Assembly: GCA_963817895.1 (NCBI GenBank)
Contig: CAWFQB010000002.1
Location: 32,001-96,000 of the forward strand
DNA from: an uncultured Chthonomonadaceae bacterium
GTDB lineage: Bacteria > Armatimonadota > Chthonomonadetes > Chthonomonadales > Chthonomonadaceae
Length of the DNA stretch: 64,000 nt
Direction: 5' to 3'
Numbering within the stretch: position 1 is the first letter of the stretch; each line of letters begins with the position of its first letter. The position numbers were made by a program, and so were the translations under genes. The notes beneath the pieces were generated by a model that saw nothing but the letters and a program-made list of their open reading frames with translations, was not told where the DNA came from and did not search any database. This document shows, in pieces, positions 1 through 12,116 of the stretch.

Positions 1-411
1 CGAACAGGCGCTTTCTTATGCGGACACAGACTGGCCGGACCAGAAATGGGGCATCGGGCAAAACGGCAGCATTGCGGGCATCGTCTATCATGTCGCAGCA
101 TGGAAACATCTAACTCTGCCGTTGTTCCTGCCGGACGGCAAAGCGGGCGGGCGAAGGATTTTGATGCTACCGCCGCGCCCGCGCTCCGAAGACTGGCCCG
201 CCATTGTCGCCTGGCTGGAACAAATCGGCGCGCTCTGGCTGGAACGTCTGAACCAATTGCCCGATGAAGATTTCGACGCCAAACGCGAATGGGAAGGCAA
301 TGACAATTACCCCTTGCGGACTACGTATCAGAGATGCTGGAACACGATATTCAACATGCGGCGCAGATTGAGTACCTGCGACAGCGATTGCAGGCGCAAC
401 GTGTTGTATAA
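1..411 (+). CDS. DinB/YfiT-like protein, 5'-truncated by the window, frameshifted near 330
   Basis: Frame 2 reads ..SIAGIVYHVAAWKH..; after a shift it reads EMLEHDIQHAAQIEYLRQRL, the conserved His positions of DinB-family four-helix bundles. Confidence 0.6.
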
Positions 412-589
412 TACAGGAAGAACTTGCGCGTCAGGGCTGGTATCGGGTTACAGTCGCCGATTTCGCCCCATCTGTCTGTGTTTAGACGCGCCGACGGGTT
501 TGCAAGTTACACCCTGAGCAAGCCTGCTTATCGTTTGTATTGAACGCTCTCCTTCATTTTACCTGCGCGTTTGCGTGGAGCCATTTTTT

Positions 590-1855
590 ATGAACAAATC
601 GCTGTCCAATTCTCTTACACTGATATTCGCCGTCATCGGCTGCCTTGTATCCCTGCTGCTGACGTTTGGCGAACATGTTGCCAGTTCCGCCACCGGCTGT
701 TTCAGAACGGCGAGGGCTGCGCGTCCACAACCGGGAGCGCGTACGGGCATGTCGGCCCCGTGCCTACGGCTGTCTTCGGAATTTTGATGTACGTCGCGTT
801 CATCGCGCTCTGCGTCACGCGGGGCAAGCGCCTGCGCCTGATGCGGGACCGGGAAGCGGCGCGGGCGGCGGCGTATGCGTCTTCCGCCGTCCTCGGAATT
901 TGAGAACGCGAACCTGAGCGACGACGAGCGGCAGGCCGTTCATACCCCGGACGTTGCGGATACGAGCAGCGGCGTTTTGTCCGGCGGCGTTTCCACGCGA
1001 ACACTGGACGCCGCGACATGGGGACTGGCGCTGCTCGGCTTCGGCATTTCCGTGTGGCTGCAATATGTCGCCATCTATCAACTGCACAGTTTCTGCAAAT
1101 ACTGCTTCGCTTCGGCAACTCTGGTCACGCTCATTTTCGCCCTCGCGTCTCGCGATTATCCTGCTCGACGGACGCAAACTGAACGGCGAGCAGAAAATGA
1201 TCGGCGGCGTGCTGGCGCTGATACTGGTGTTGGGCAGTTTCATGGTGATTCCCGATATTATGATGTATTCTCGATCATCCGCCGCCGCGCACGCCATCCG
1301 ATTCCTGATGCGCGCGGCGCGCTGACCAATTCTCTGCTGCATTTCAAAGGCAATCCCAACGCCAAATACATGCTGATCGAGTTTGCGGATTACCAGTGCG
1401 GACATTGCGCGTTGGCGGCGAAAGAGATGGACAAATTGCTGAAGTCCACGACCAAAGATATTCGCTTTGTCTTCCGCAACAACCCGTTTCCCAACCACAA
1501 GTGGGCGCATGAGGCGGCGGCAGTTGCGGAAGCCGCCGGGGAACAGGGCAAATTCTGGGAAATGCACGACCTGCTGTTCAAGCATCAGCAGGATTTGGAA
1601 GGGGCGCTGTTTACCGGCGCGGAGTTTGAAAACTACGCCCGCGAACTGCATCTCAACATCGCGAAATTCAACAAAGATCGAACGTCGGACGCCATCGAAA
1701 CACGCATTAAAGCGGATCTGGCCGCAGGCATGGTCGGTCACGTCGAATTCACGCCGACGTTCTTTTTCATCGCGCCGACGCACGTCACCAGCCTGCCCGG
1801 CACGGTAGAGTTGGGCAAATTTCTGAGCAAGCCCAACAGCAAAGAGTGGGAATAG
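590..1855 (+). CDS. VKOR (vitamin K epoxide reductase)-DsbA/thioredoxin fusion, several frameshifts
   Basis: Pieces in different frames: TM helix + GC..C..SAYGHVGPVPTAVFG; VKOR CxxC (FCKYC); then DsbA-like EFADYQCGHC, FRNNPF, QGKFWEMHDLLF, TPTFF. Confidence 0.75.
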
Positions 1856-1911
1856 GGTATTCGGTGTTCGGTGTTCGGATAGTGTCGCAGGCGGTTTTTG
1901 TGAGGCAAACT

Positions 1912-3045
1912 ATGGTCAAACTTTCACAGGGTTCGGGGGCGGGTTTTCAGTTACGCATGCAGGGATTCCTCTCGGTTATAGCGTTGAGCGCGGCGTTGTT
2001 TGCGCCCCGCGTCGTCCGGGCGGATCAGCCGGTGTGGGCGACCGGGCATATTCTGGACGCGCAAAACCGTCCCATGGCCGACGCGATTATCGCCGTTTAT
2101 GATGATAACAACAAAGTCGTGGATTACGCGCGAACGGATGAAAACGGTGAGTATGCCCTTGCCGTGCCACGCAACGCGCTTCACCTGCAGGAGCATCACT
2201 CGCCCGGATTTTTCGCGGAAGTGTTCGGCGGCGTGACGCGGTTTGTGGGCAGCACAGTAGGATTTGTCGCCAATCCCCTGCGTTCCGGGGTGAAAGCCAT
2301 CACGTCCGCCGAGGCCGCGAACTTTACCGGCCCCCTGACCAAAGGCGGCATCGCGGTTGGCGGCGCAGTGGTGGATCAGGCGCTATTCGCCGTCAGTCCC
2401 AAACCCAGACGCCCCGTAGATTTGGAAGCCCGGAAAATGCCGGGTTCCTTATTCATCAAGGTCATCGCCCCGCAGCGCAACGATCTTGTCGGCGTCACTC
2501 GCGTGCTACTGGGTGCAAAAAGAGACATTCAAGGCGCATGGCAGGCAGACGAGACTTTAGCCGCCTGGCTTGACCCGGTGCAATTGACTCCCGCAGATTC
2601 GGACAAGCCCTCCACGTTTCAATCCACCTATTTTAACTTTACGTCCGCCCGTTTGGAGCCGAGTTTGGCGCAGCCGGGCGCTGTCGTTCGTATTATGGCT
2701 ATGCTGCAAACGCCGCCCGAACCCGCCGCGCATGTGATTGTGGTCGCGCAAAACAACCGCACGGGGCAGAAGTGGGAGTTGCAGCCGGTCGGGAATGGCC
2801 GCTATCAGGCGGAATTTGTGGTGGACAAACATGCCCCGCATGACGATCACAACATTACCATTCTGGCCTACGCCGCCAGTGAATTGAAGCCGGGGCGCCG
2901 CCCGGATGTGGAAAAAGGCATCGAAGGCGCGGGAATGTGGAACTCCAAAAAGCCTTATATCTACAATCCCCTGCTGGCCGTCAGCCGCAACCGCGCCCAA
3001 CTCGCGCTGACGATTCTGGGACCGAGCAAGCATAATAAAGATTAG
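1912..3045 (+). CDS. Secreted protein with an N-terminal carboxypeptidase-regulatory-like beta-sandwich
   Basis: Signal-like segment followed by GHILDAQNRPMADAII...ARTDENGEY. A local compensating frameshift is possible near 2505-2545. Confidence 0.55.
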   Translation: MVKLSQGSGAGFQLRMQGFLSVIALSAALFAPRVVRADQPVWATGHILDAQNRPMADAIIAVYDDNNKVVDYARTDENGEYALAVPRNALHLQEHHSPGFFAEVFGGVTRFVGSTVGFVANPLRSGVKAITSAEAANFTGPLTKGGIAVGGAVVDQALFAVSPKPRRPVDLEARKMPGSLFIKVIAPQRNDLVGVTRVLLGAKRDIQGAWQADETLAAWLDPVQLTPADSDKPSTFQSTYFNFTSARLEPSLAQPGAVVRIMAMLQTPPEPAAHVIVVAQNNRTGQKWELQPVGNGRYQAEFVVDKHAPHDDHNITILAYAASELKPGRRPDVEKGIEGAGMWNSKKPYIYNPLLAVSRNRAQLALTILGPSKHNKD

Positions 3046-3075
3046 TTGCCCTCAACCCCCTCCTAGTTTGAATAT

Positions 3076-3259
3076 ACCTCACCCCCGGCCCCTCTCCTGG
3101 CCGCGCAACGCGCCAGGAGAGGGGAGACGCTTTCATTGGACGAGATGAACGAAGTTCGTAATGAACTTCGCTCTTAACGATGAAGGAGGGGAGCGGGTAA
3201 CTTCAATTAGCCCCTCTCCTAGCGCGTTGCGCGGCCAGGAGAGGGGCCGGGGGTGAGGT
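3076..3259. repeat. Inverted pair of 49-bp palindromic REP-like units (CCCCTCTCC...GGAGAGGGG family)
   Basis: 3076-3124 and the reverse complement of 3211-3259 differ at one base, and each unit is itself a hairpin. Relatives at ~17951-18000, 18216-18266 and 29966-30014. Confidence 0.85.
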
Positions 3260-3288
3260 GTATGAGTGAATAAGGACATAATAGGTTT

Positions 3289-4887
3289 ATGATTGTCGAA
3301 GTGGACTATCTCGTGATCGGGAGCGGGTTGGCGGGGCTGACGTTCGCGCTGAATGTGGCTCCCAACAAACGTGTCGCGCTGCTGACCAAAAAGACGCGGG
3401 CGGACGCCAACAGCAGTTGGGCGCAGGGCGGGATCGCGGGCGTCCTTGCCGACAACGACAGTTTCGCGCTGCATGTGCAGGATACCCTTGTCGCGGGCGC
3501 GGGATTGTGCCATGAGGACGCGGTAGAGATTCTGGTGCGCGAAGGGCCGGAGCGCATCCGCGAACTGATGGACATGGGCGCGCAGTTCAACATGGAAACC
3601 GATGATGAGGGGCAGGAGGTGCTTTCGCTTGGGCGCGAGGGCGGCCATTCGCGCAACCGTATCGTGCATACCGCCGATTACACGGGTTGGGAGTGTGAGC
3701 GAACCCTGCTGGAAGCCGTGAAATCCTGTCCCCAAATCGAGGTGCTGGAACACTATTTCGTGACGGATTTGGCCCTTGAAGACGGCCCGAATGGAACTGT
3801 TTGCGTGGGGGCATATGCGCTTAACGGCGAAACAGGTGAACAGACTACCTTTCGCGCCCGCGCTACGCTACTGGCAACCGGAGGCTGCGGACACGTTTAC
3901 CAGCATACCACTAACCCGCTTGTAGCAACGGGCGACGGCGTGGCGATGGCGTGGCGGGCGGGCGCGATTGTGGGCAACATGGAATTTATTCAGTTCCACC
4001 CGACCACGCTGTACCATCCCGCCGCCCGCGCCTTTCTGATTACGGAAGCCCTGCGCGGCGACGGCGGCATTTTGCAGCATGGCGACGGCGAGCAGTTCAT
4101 GGAGCGGTATCATCCCCTGCGCGAACTGGCCCCGCGCGACATCGTAGCCCGCGCTATCGTGGCCGAATTGAAGCGGCGCAACGTGCCGTGCGTGTATCTT
4201 AACGTCACGCATCTTGCCCCCGAACATCTCCGTTCCCATTTCCCCACTGTGTATGAGAAATGCCTGAGCGTGGGCATTGACATTACCCGTGATCCTATTC
4301 CCATTGTACCCGCGCAGCATTACCAGTGCGGCGGCGTGGTCACGGACTTGAACGGAGCCACCAACATTACACACCTGTACGCGGCGGGCGAAGTAGCCTG
4401 CACGGGCGTGCATGGGGCGAACCGGCTCGCCTCCAATTCCCTGCTCGAAGCGATGGTGTACGGCTATCGCGCCGCCCATCACGCCCTGCAATCTCCGAAC
4501 GAAAAAGCCCCTGTGTGGCAAGCCGATCCGGTTGATTTGACCGGAAACGTTGCTTCCGCGTCTATTTGTAATGCTGACATGATTTCTCACATCCGCGAAC
4601 TGGTTCAAAAAACCATGCAGCAGGACGTAGGAATTATGCGGACGACGGCGGAACTGCAAGCGGCGCAGGCTGTTCTTCAGGAGTGTCTTGCTCTGATTGG
4701 TTCCACTCCCCTCCCCACCCCCGAAGCGTGGGAAGTTCTCAATATCGCGCAGGTCGGCGCGCTAATCATCGAATCCGCCCTGCGCCGCCACGAAAGTCGC
4801 GGCCTGCACTTCACCCGCGATTTCCCCGAATCTCTTGACAATGAACGACATGATACTATGTTGTTAAAAGGAGCGTTATGTCAATGA
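3289..4887 (+). CDS. nadB: L-aspartate oxidase
   Basis: GSGLAG, SSWAQGGIA, REGGHSRNRIVH, QFHPT, ITEALRG, ELAPRDIVARAI, GVHGANRLASNSLLE, ESRGLH. Confidence 0.95.
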   Translation: MIVEVDYLVIGSGLAGLTFALNVAPNKRVALLTKKTRADANSSWAQGGIAGVLADNDSFALHVQDTLVAGAGLCHEDAVEILVREGPERIRELMDMGAQFNMETDDEGQEVLSLGREGGHSRNRIVHTADYTGWECERTLLEAVKSCPQIEVLEHYFVTDLALEDGPNGTVCVGAYALNGETGEQTTFRARATLLATGGCGHVYQHTTNPLVATGDGVAMAWRAGAIVGNMEFIQFHPTTLYHPAARAFLITEALRGDGGILQHGDGEQFMERYHPLRELAPRDIVARAIVAELKRRNVPCVYLNVTHLAPEHLRSHFPTVYEKCLSVGIDITRDPIPIVPAQHYQCGGVVTDLNGATNITHLYAAGEVACTGVHGANRLASNSLLEAMVYGYRAAHHALQSPNEKAPVWQADPVDLTGNVASASICNADMISHIRELVQKTMQQDVGIMRTTAELQAAQAVLQECLALIGSTPLPTPEAWEVLNIAQVGALIIESALRRHESRGLHFTRDFPESLDNERHDTMLLKGALCQ

Positions 4888-5207
4888 TTACCCTGAATGG
4901 CGAGTTTTATCTGAAAGGCATAGATGGTGATCCAGTCGTTTTTATTGCTGCCAATGACCAACCCCGCCTGCTGCAATGGTGGAATGACAACAGCATATTC
5001 ACGCAACTTTTTTATCATCCTTACCCAACTACTAAGGTTTCTACTCCGACCATTTACTTTGCAAAAAGCCTCATTGGTCAGTTACAAGAAGGCGATAAGG
5101 TCACTATCACTATTAACCAAAGTTGCTACCCTGATTTCTCAATCTCGAAGGTTTGGCGCAAAATGCCACTTTCAGAACGCTGCTATCTCAAAAACGGTTT
5201 AAGGTAG
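4878..5207 (+). CDS. Hypothetical protein (AT-rich)
   Basis: 109-aa ORF with RBS AAGGAG, overlapping the nadB stop; no recognisable motif. Confidence 0.4.
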   Translation: MSMITLNGEFYLKGIDGDPVVFIAANDQPRLLQWWNDNSIFTQLFYHPYPTTKVSTPTIYFAKSLIGQLQEGDKVTITINQSCYPDFSISKVWRKMPLSERCYLKNGLR

Positions 5208-5298
5208 CAACTTGGGTTATTAATCTACGTCCTGAGAGTCGTGGAAATGGGATAAAGACTCTAAGTGTCTTATACGCCTCGCCAACACGAAAAGCCTC

Positions 5299-5440
5299 GT
5301 AGTCCGTCAAGGTAGAACGTATGGAAACACCGTAGGGGTTCTGCTTGCTGAACCCTCCTCAAACAAGGCACAGCAACCGTTCGCAGAGTGCGCAGCAAGC
5401 AGTGCCCCTACCCTCGCCTTCTATCTTGATGGTGTGCTAC
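5299..5440. repeat. Degenerate MITE copy containing a GTAG-REP doublet
   Basis: Core GTAGGGGTTCTGCTTGCTGAACCCT...GCAGCAAGCAGTGCCCCTAC (5332-5411) inside decayed outer inverted repeats CCGTCAAGGTAGAA / TTCTATCTTGATGG. Homologous to 33221-33363. Confidence 0.75.
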
Positions 5441-5528
5441 AAATTCTCCTCACCTAACAACTAACAACCTAACAACTATCCTTTCCTCCTCAACATGTCT
5501 CTAGTACGTGGAAGGAGCGGGAAGCGGC

Positions 5529-6254
5529 ATGGCGATTGCGCGGCGGTTACAATATCTCAGCGATGCGGAAGTGGTCAGTCTGGCGCAGATGGGCAGTCTG
5601 GAAGCCTGTGACGAACTGGTGTTGCGGTTCCGAAACGCCGCTGTGCTTGTCGCGATGCAGATTGTGGACTGTAGGGAAACCGCGCATGATGTGGCGCAGG
5701 AGGCGTTTCTGCTGGCCTTTCGCGCCCTGCCGAACCTACAGGAACCGGGCAAGTTCGCGGGCTGGCTTCATGCCATTACCCGCAACCATGCGCGGCGAGT
5801 AGGAGCGCGGAACAAACGCCAATCGCCAACCGAATCGGACAATCTGGAACTGCTGCTGACCCAACAGCAGGAGCCTGCAACGGGCGAACCGCTGGAACAG
5901 ATACTGGAAGCGGAGCGCGAAACGGCTATTCGTAACCTGTTGTCCGATTTACAGCCGGATATTCAGATGGCGATGCGCCTGTTCTATTATGAGCAATGGC
6001 CCGCCGGTCGGATTGCCGACTTCCTTGCCCTTCCTCTCACTACGGTAAAATGGCGGCTGCATGAGGGACGCCGACGGCTTGCGCCCCGCCTTGCCGAACT
6101 CTTGGAGAAGGAGAAACCCGATGCCCGAACGCAACCCAAAACAGGAAATCAGAAGAATCCGCAACCTGCTGCTGAAAATGGCGGAAACATCCGAAAAGTC
6201 GGAACTGACCGGCAGCTTCGAGGGCGGAATCCGCAACTATGTGAAACGCTATAA
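5529..6254 (+). CDS. ECF-type sigma-70 factor
   Basis: Region 2 (AHDVAQEAFLLAF..FAGWLHAITRN) and region 4 (IADFLALPLTTVKWRLHEGRRRL); RBS AAGGAG. Confidence 0.9.
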   Translation: MAIARRLQYLSDAEVVSLAQMGSLEACDELVLRFRNAAVLVAMQIVDCRETAHDVAQEAFLLAFRALPNLQEPGKFAGWLHAITRNHARRVGARNKRQSPTESDNLELLLTQQQEPATGEPLEQILEAERETAIRNLLSDLQPDIQMAMRLFYYEQWPAGRIADFLALPLTTVKWRLHEGRRRLAPRLAELLEKEKPDARTQPKTGNQKNPQPAAENGGNIRKVGTDRQLRGRNPQLCETL

Positions 6255-6960
6255 CGCGATTGTGGAGCATCTGGAAGAGGAAGACATCGTACCCGAAGAC
6301 CTGTTTTCCGAACTGGATGAGGACGAAACCAATTTCGGGCAGTTGGGCGCGGAAGCCACCCTGCTGGCCGACTACATCAGCGAAGACGCGGAAGAATCGC
6401 CCAAAGAAAACGCCAAGCGGGAACAGAAGGAGGGATTGGGGCCATTAGTCGCCCTTGCGCCGTTCCTCGGCTCGTCGGAATTGTCGAAACTGGTGCGCGA
6501 ACGTTTGGGCGTGACCGTCACCGTCTCGTCGGATCAGCCCACGCCGCCGAAGCCGCCCGTGCCTCCCGTACCGCCTGTACCGCCACACGGAACGACACCG
6601 CCTGCGCCGTCACAGGGCCCGGATTTGAGTACCATTGTCGTGCTGGCTCCGTTTCTGGATGCGGAAGCCGTCAGCCAGATGGTCTTTGCCGCCGTGTCTC
6701 AGCGCAAAGTCAGCGATCCCAACGCTCTGGTCGCGCTGGCGCCCTTTATGGACAAAGCCGATTTCAGCCGTCTGGTGCGCGAGCAACTCCCCGGCTGGTT
6801 TGGCGCGCAGCCCAACGCGCCTAACGCGGAAAACACGCCTGAACCGCAACCGCCCACTTCCGGCGGTTCCAGTTCCTCGTGGTCCACGCTGCCGGATTCC
6901 AACGCCGACAAGTGGCCCACGCCGCCAACGCCGCCCACCCCTCCCAACGAACTGCGCTGA
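6121..6960 (+). CDS. Hypothetical protein with three 'LAPF' helical repeats and Pro-rich linkers (possible anti-sigma)
   Basis: RBS AAGGAG before ATG 6121; repeats LVALAPFL, IVVLAPFL, LVALAPFM. Confidence 0.7.
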   Translation: MPERNPKQEIRRIRNLLLKMAETSEKSELTGSFEGGIRNYVKRYNAIVEHLEEEDIVPEDLFSELDEDETNFGQLGAEATLLADYISEDAEESPKENAKREQKEGLGPLVALAPFLGSSELSKLVRERLGVTVTVSSDQPTPPKPPVPPVPPVPPHGTTPPAPSQGPDLSTIVVLAPFLDAEAVSQMVFAAVSQRKVSDPNALVALAPFMDKADFSRLVREQLPGWFGAQPNAPNAENTPEPQPPTSGGSSSSWSTLPDSNADKWPTPPTPPTPPNELR

Positions 6961-6991
6961 CAGCTTGACTTGCAACCCTATCGGTCAATAG

Positions 6992-7029
6992 AAACGGCGA
7001 CGCTTTTCCAGTCGAAAGCGTCGCCGTTT
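6992..7029. terminator. Intrinsic terminator between convergent genes
   Basis: AAACGGCGACGCTTT-N8-AAAGCGTCGCCGTTT. Confidence 0.8.
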
Positions 7030-7097
7030 TATGGCTCAGGCAAACACCTTCAAGCCTTACTGAAGGTTATTCATGAAAGTTTAAGCGTAGATGTTTG

Positions 7098-8197
7098 TCA
7101 AACTGGGAATTCGATCACAACGTTTGCGCCGCCTTCCGGGCGGTTCTCATATCTGATTCGTCCACTCAGGTCAATACGAACAATGTGGCCCACAAGATCA
7201 AGCCCGATGCTGGAGTCGATCAACGGGTCAAATGTCGCTTTAAACCCCGGCCCATCATCACACACCTGAAGTGTTACCATCTCCTCATCCGCAGTGAGGG
7301 TCACGATCACGCTGCCCGCGCTATATTTCAGGGCATTGGTGCAGATTTCATTCGCAACCAGCGCCAAAGCCGTCACCTGCTTGCCCGTCAGGCGCACAGG
7401 CGCGAGTTGGTGTTTGAGGAGTTTCTGCCCTGCGGTGTTTTGCAGCAATGCCAGCAGTTTTTCCAAAACAACATCTGCGGGTACTGTTACCGACGGCCCT
7501 TCCGGGGTCACTTCATGGGTGAGAAGGTCATGCACTTCCGCCAAAGCCCGCACATGGGCGACAATCTGTTGAACTTCCTCGACAGGAAGAGTGCCTTCAT
7601 GTTCCGCCGCCTGCATCTCTACCAGAGCGGCGACCATGTGAAGATTGTTCTTTGTTCGGTGCAGCCCGTCGCGAATGCCGCGCTGCAACCGCGCGTTCAG
7701 CGCTTCAATATGCTCCTGCGCCTGCTTACGGGCCGTAAAATCGCGTAAAATTTTGATGTATCCACATAGCAAGCCCGCATCATCGCGCAGGCCGGTCATA
7801 ATGCCGCTTGCCCACAGGCGCGTGCCATCCTGCCGCTGATGCCAGCGCTCATCCTCCGCCCGCCCTGTGGCCGCCGCCGTTTTCAACTCACCGGCAGACG
7901 TGTCCCGCGCCTCGTCTTCGGGCGTAAAAATGAGGGCAATGGGGCGTCCCAGCGCCTCATCCTCATGTAGCCCAGAATACGCTCGGCCCCGGTGTTCCAG
8001 GCCACAATGCAGCCTTCAATATCCAGAACAATAATGGCGAAGTCACGCACGTTGTCTTCAATGAGGCGAAGGCGCTCCTCGCTGTTCATCAGCGTGGCAA
8101 TGCTTTGCAGGTGTTCAGAGTTTTTCAGAGGAGATGGGCGCGCGTTTTGGTTGGATACACTCGCGTACCGCGTGACCGCCGCGTGTTCATTATTCAT
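7098..8197 (-). CDS. PAS sensor histidine kinase (HisKA_2/HWE-like), frameshifted
   Basis: PAS segment (DFAIIVLDIEGCIVAWNTGAERILGY...RQDGTRLWA), H-box HRTKNNL, N-box NEICTNALKY, DDGPG. Frame breaks near 7965 and 7890. Confidence 0.8.
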
Positions 8198-8490
8198 GGT
8201 GTTTATCATACAAACTCCTGGCAAGCGCAACGCTCAGGTTGTTGAAATAGATACATTAAGATGATGGCTGCGTCAGAGGCAGAAAAGAAAAAGCGCAGGA
8301 GCAGGGCGGGGCAGATACAATGGATACGCAGAGTTGCCGAATATTAAATGTTCGGCAGAAAACATTCAAAAATATAGCGCAACGCATCGGATTTCTCAGG
8401 TAATCATACCATAGAATCAGACCCGGCGCAGGATTAATTTGTTATCTACACTTTTAATGCGTCACTATCTGGCATGGTATAATACTTTGA

Positions 8491-9739
<1,249 letters not shown>

Positions 9740-9779
9740 AGATGAATGAAGAATACACGACATTATCGCTGAAGACCGC

Positions 9780-10583
9780 GTGGCCGTGCCTGTGGATCAG
9801 CTCAACGTTCCCGTAAAGACAGACAATGACCGTTCACGCAATGGACGGCATGAGACTGTGCCTGTCAAAGAGGGTTCCAAAGAGGCTGCCAACGCGGTTC
9901 AGGCGGCAGAACAGGCCGCGCCCCGCCCGGTCACGTACCGCGACGTTCGCAGCAATCCCAAAATCCGCGCCTACATCGAAAAAGCCAACGAGCAGATGCT
10001 GGAAATCGGCTACAGCGAACACGGCCTGCGCCACGCCGCCCTGTCCGCCGCCATTGCCCGCAATATTCTGCTCGAACTCGGCATGGAACCGCGCGTAACC
10101 GAACTTGCCGCCATTGCCGGGTATATGCACGACATCGGCAACTGTGTCCACCGCATCTACCACCCGCAAATCGGCGCGACAATGGCGATGCAGTTGCTCG
10201 ACCAGATGGGCATGGACGCGCGGGAAATCGGAACCGTGCTGGGCGCTATCGGCAACCACGAGGAACCGGAAGGCGTTCCCATCAACGCCGTCACCGCTGC
10301 CGTAATTATCGCCGACAAGTCCGACGTTCACTTTACGCGCGTGCAAAACCCCGATCCGACGACCTACGACATCCATGACCGCGTGAACCATGCCGTGCAG
10401 AAATCGCACATTATGATTGACCGCGAAGCCAAAATCATCACGCTCGACTTGATCATTGACGTGAAGGAGGCGACCGTGATGGAATACTTCGAGATATTCG
10501 TGATTCGCATGAGGCTGTGCCGCCACGCCGCCGCCAAACTCGGCTGCCAGTTCCGCCTCATCATCAACGGCACAGAACTATAA
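9780..10583 (+). CDS. HD-domain phosphohydrolase
   Basis: GYSEHGLRH, YMHDIGN, AIGNHEE, IIADKSDV, DIHDRVN. Confidence 0.85.
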   Translation: MAVPVDQLNVPVKTDNDRSRNGRHETVPVKEGSKEAANAVQAAEQAAPRPVTYRDVRSNPKIRAYIEKANEQMLEIGYSEHGLRHAALSAAIARNILLELGMEPRVTELAAIAGYMHDIGNCVHRIYHPQIGATMAMQLLDQMGMDAREIGTVLGAIGNHEEPEGVPINAVTAAVIIADKSDVHFTRVQNPDPTTYDIHDRVNHAVQKSHIMIDREAKIITLDLIIDVKEATVMEYFEIFVIRMRLCRHAAAKLGCQFRLIINGTEL

Positions 10584-10652
10584 AAACCAGCAGGAGTTTT
10601 CTCCGTTCTTGTGTAATATTGGCGGTAACGCTAAACTTTGAGGACAACTGCC

Positions 10653-11975
10653 ATGCTACGCCTGCATCGTTACACTCTTTTCTTGCTTTTACTCTGCCTT
10701 TCTGCCTTTTGCGGTTTGGCGCGGGCCGACGATAAGGGGTTTGTCAAAATCTTCGACGGAACCACGCTCAACGGCTGGACTCTCGTCGGCGGAGCAGGGC
10801 CGGGATACGTGCCGCAGAACGGCATACTGGACTGCCCCGCTGATGGCGGCGGCAACCTGTTCACCGTCAAAGAGTACAGCGACTTCGTGTTCCGGTTCGA
10901 GTTCAAACTGTTCGCCAACAGCAACAACGGCATCGGTCTGCGCGCGCCCTTAGAGGGGGATGCCGCGTACATGGGCATGGAGTGTCAGGTTCTGGATGAC
11001 AGCGGCTCGATGTACACCAAACTGGAACCCGGCCAGTACCACAGTTCCCTGTACAAAATCGTGCCTGCCAAACAGGGTTCGCTCAAACCCGTAGGCGAAT
11101 GGAACCGGGAAGAGATTACCGCCATTGGGCGGCACATCAAAGTGGTCGTCAACGGCAAAGTCACCGTTGACGCGAACCTTAATGACATTACCGATCCCGC
11201 GATACTGGCGCAGCATCCAGGTATGATGCGCGACCGGGGACACGTCGGCTTTTTGGGACACGGGCCAAGCGAAGTGCAGTTTCGCAGCGTCTTTATCAAA
11301 GATTTGGGCAAGGCGGAGCGCGAGAACACGCCGCCGATGGGCTTTACCGCGCTGTTCAACGGCAAGGATTTGAAGGGCTGGAAGGGGCTTGTCGCCGATC
11401 CGCCGCACCGCGCGCAGATGAAGCCGGAAGAATTGGCGGCAGCCGAAGCAAAGGCGACAGTGGAAGCGCTCAAGCACTGGAAAGCGGAAAACGGCCAGAT
11501 CGTTTACGACGGCAAAAACAACAGCCTGTGTACGGTCAAAGATTACGGCGACTTCGAGATGCTGGTGGATTGGAAAATCCCCCCGCGCGGCGACAGCGGC
11601 ATCTATTTGCGCGGCAGCCCGCAGGTGCAGATTTGGGACCCGATCAATCATCCCGGCAGGCCGAACGAGGGTTCCGGCGGGCTTTACAACAACATGAAAA
11701 ATCCGAGCGGCCCGACGCACACGGCGGACAATCCCGTTGGCGAATGGAATCGCTTCCGCATTTTGATGGTCGGGGATAAAGTGACCGTGTACCTCAACAA
11801 TCAGCTTGTGGTTCAAAACGTCACGATGGAAAACTACTGGGAGCGCGACAAACCGATTTATCCGACCGGGCAGATCGAACTTCAGCATCACGGCGACTCG
11901 CTGTACTTCAAGAACATCTACATTCGGGAAATAAAAACCGGTACATCTTCCACCACACAAAACACGCGGCAATAA
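10653..11975 (+). CDS. Secreted tandem DUF1080 (3-keto-disaccharide hydrolase family) protein
   Basis: Signal peptide and two domains, each with F[DN]G..L.GW, N/DSGI, GEWN, G...LQ.HG..FKNI-type motifs. Confidence 0.88.
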   Translation: MLRLHRYTLFLLLLCLSAFCGLARADDKGFVKIFDGTTLNGWTLVGGAGPGYVPQNGILDCPADGGGNLFTVKEYSDFVFRFEFKLFANSNNGIGLRAPLEGDAAYMGMECQVLDDSGSMYTKLEPGQYHSSLYKIVPAKQGSLKPVGEWNREEITAIGRHIKVVVNGKVTVDANLNDITDPAILAQHPGMMRDRGHVGFLGHGPSEVQFRSVFIKDLGKAERENTPPMGFTALFNGKDLKGWKGLVADPPHRAQMKPEELAAAEAKATVEALKHWKAENGQIVYDGKNNSLCTVKDYGDFEMLVDWKIPPRGDSGIYLRGSPQVQIWDPINHPGRPNEGSGGLYNNMKNPSGPTHTADNPVGEWNRFRILMVGDKVTVYLNNQLVVQNVTMENYWERDKPIYPTGQIELQHHGDSLYFKNIYIREIKTGTSSTTQNTRQ

Positions 11976-12116
11976 CAGTTTTTGTGTCATAATTCTTGCT
12001 GTTATAAGGTATGGACAGCCCTGACGTTTTTCGCGTTCAGGCAGGGGTAAGGCATTTTCGCTCAGGGATGGAGCGGGAACCGTTTTGTTCGGCACGGATT
12101 GGCAGTGAGGTTCGGT

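Noticed and set aside
5230..5300. Hammerhead ribozyme-like CTGAGAG...GAAA
   Set aside because: The core does not fit CUGANGA and the three stems could not be built.
12089..12105. Sigma-54 site CGGCACGGATTGGCA before the cyclase gene
   Set aside because: GG-GC spacing is 9 rather than 10, and the site is too close to the start codon.
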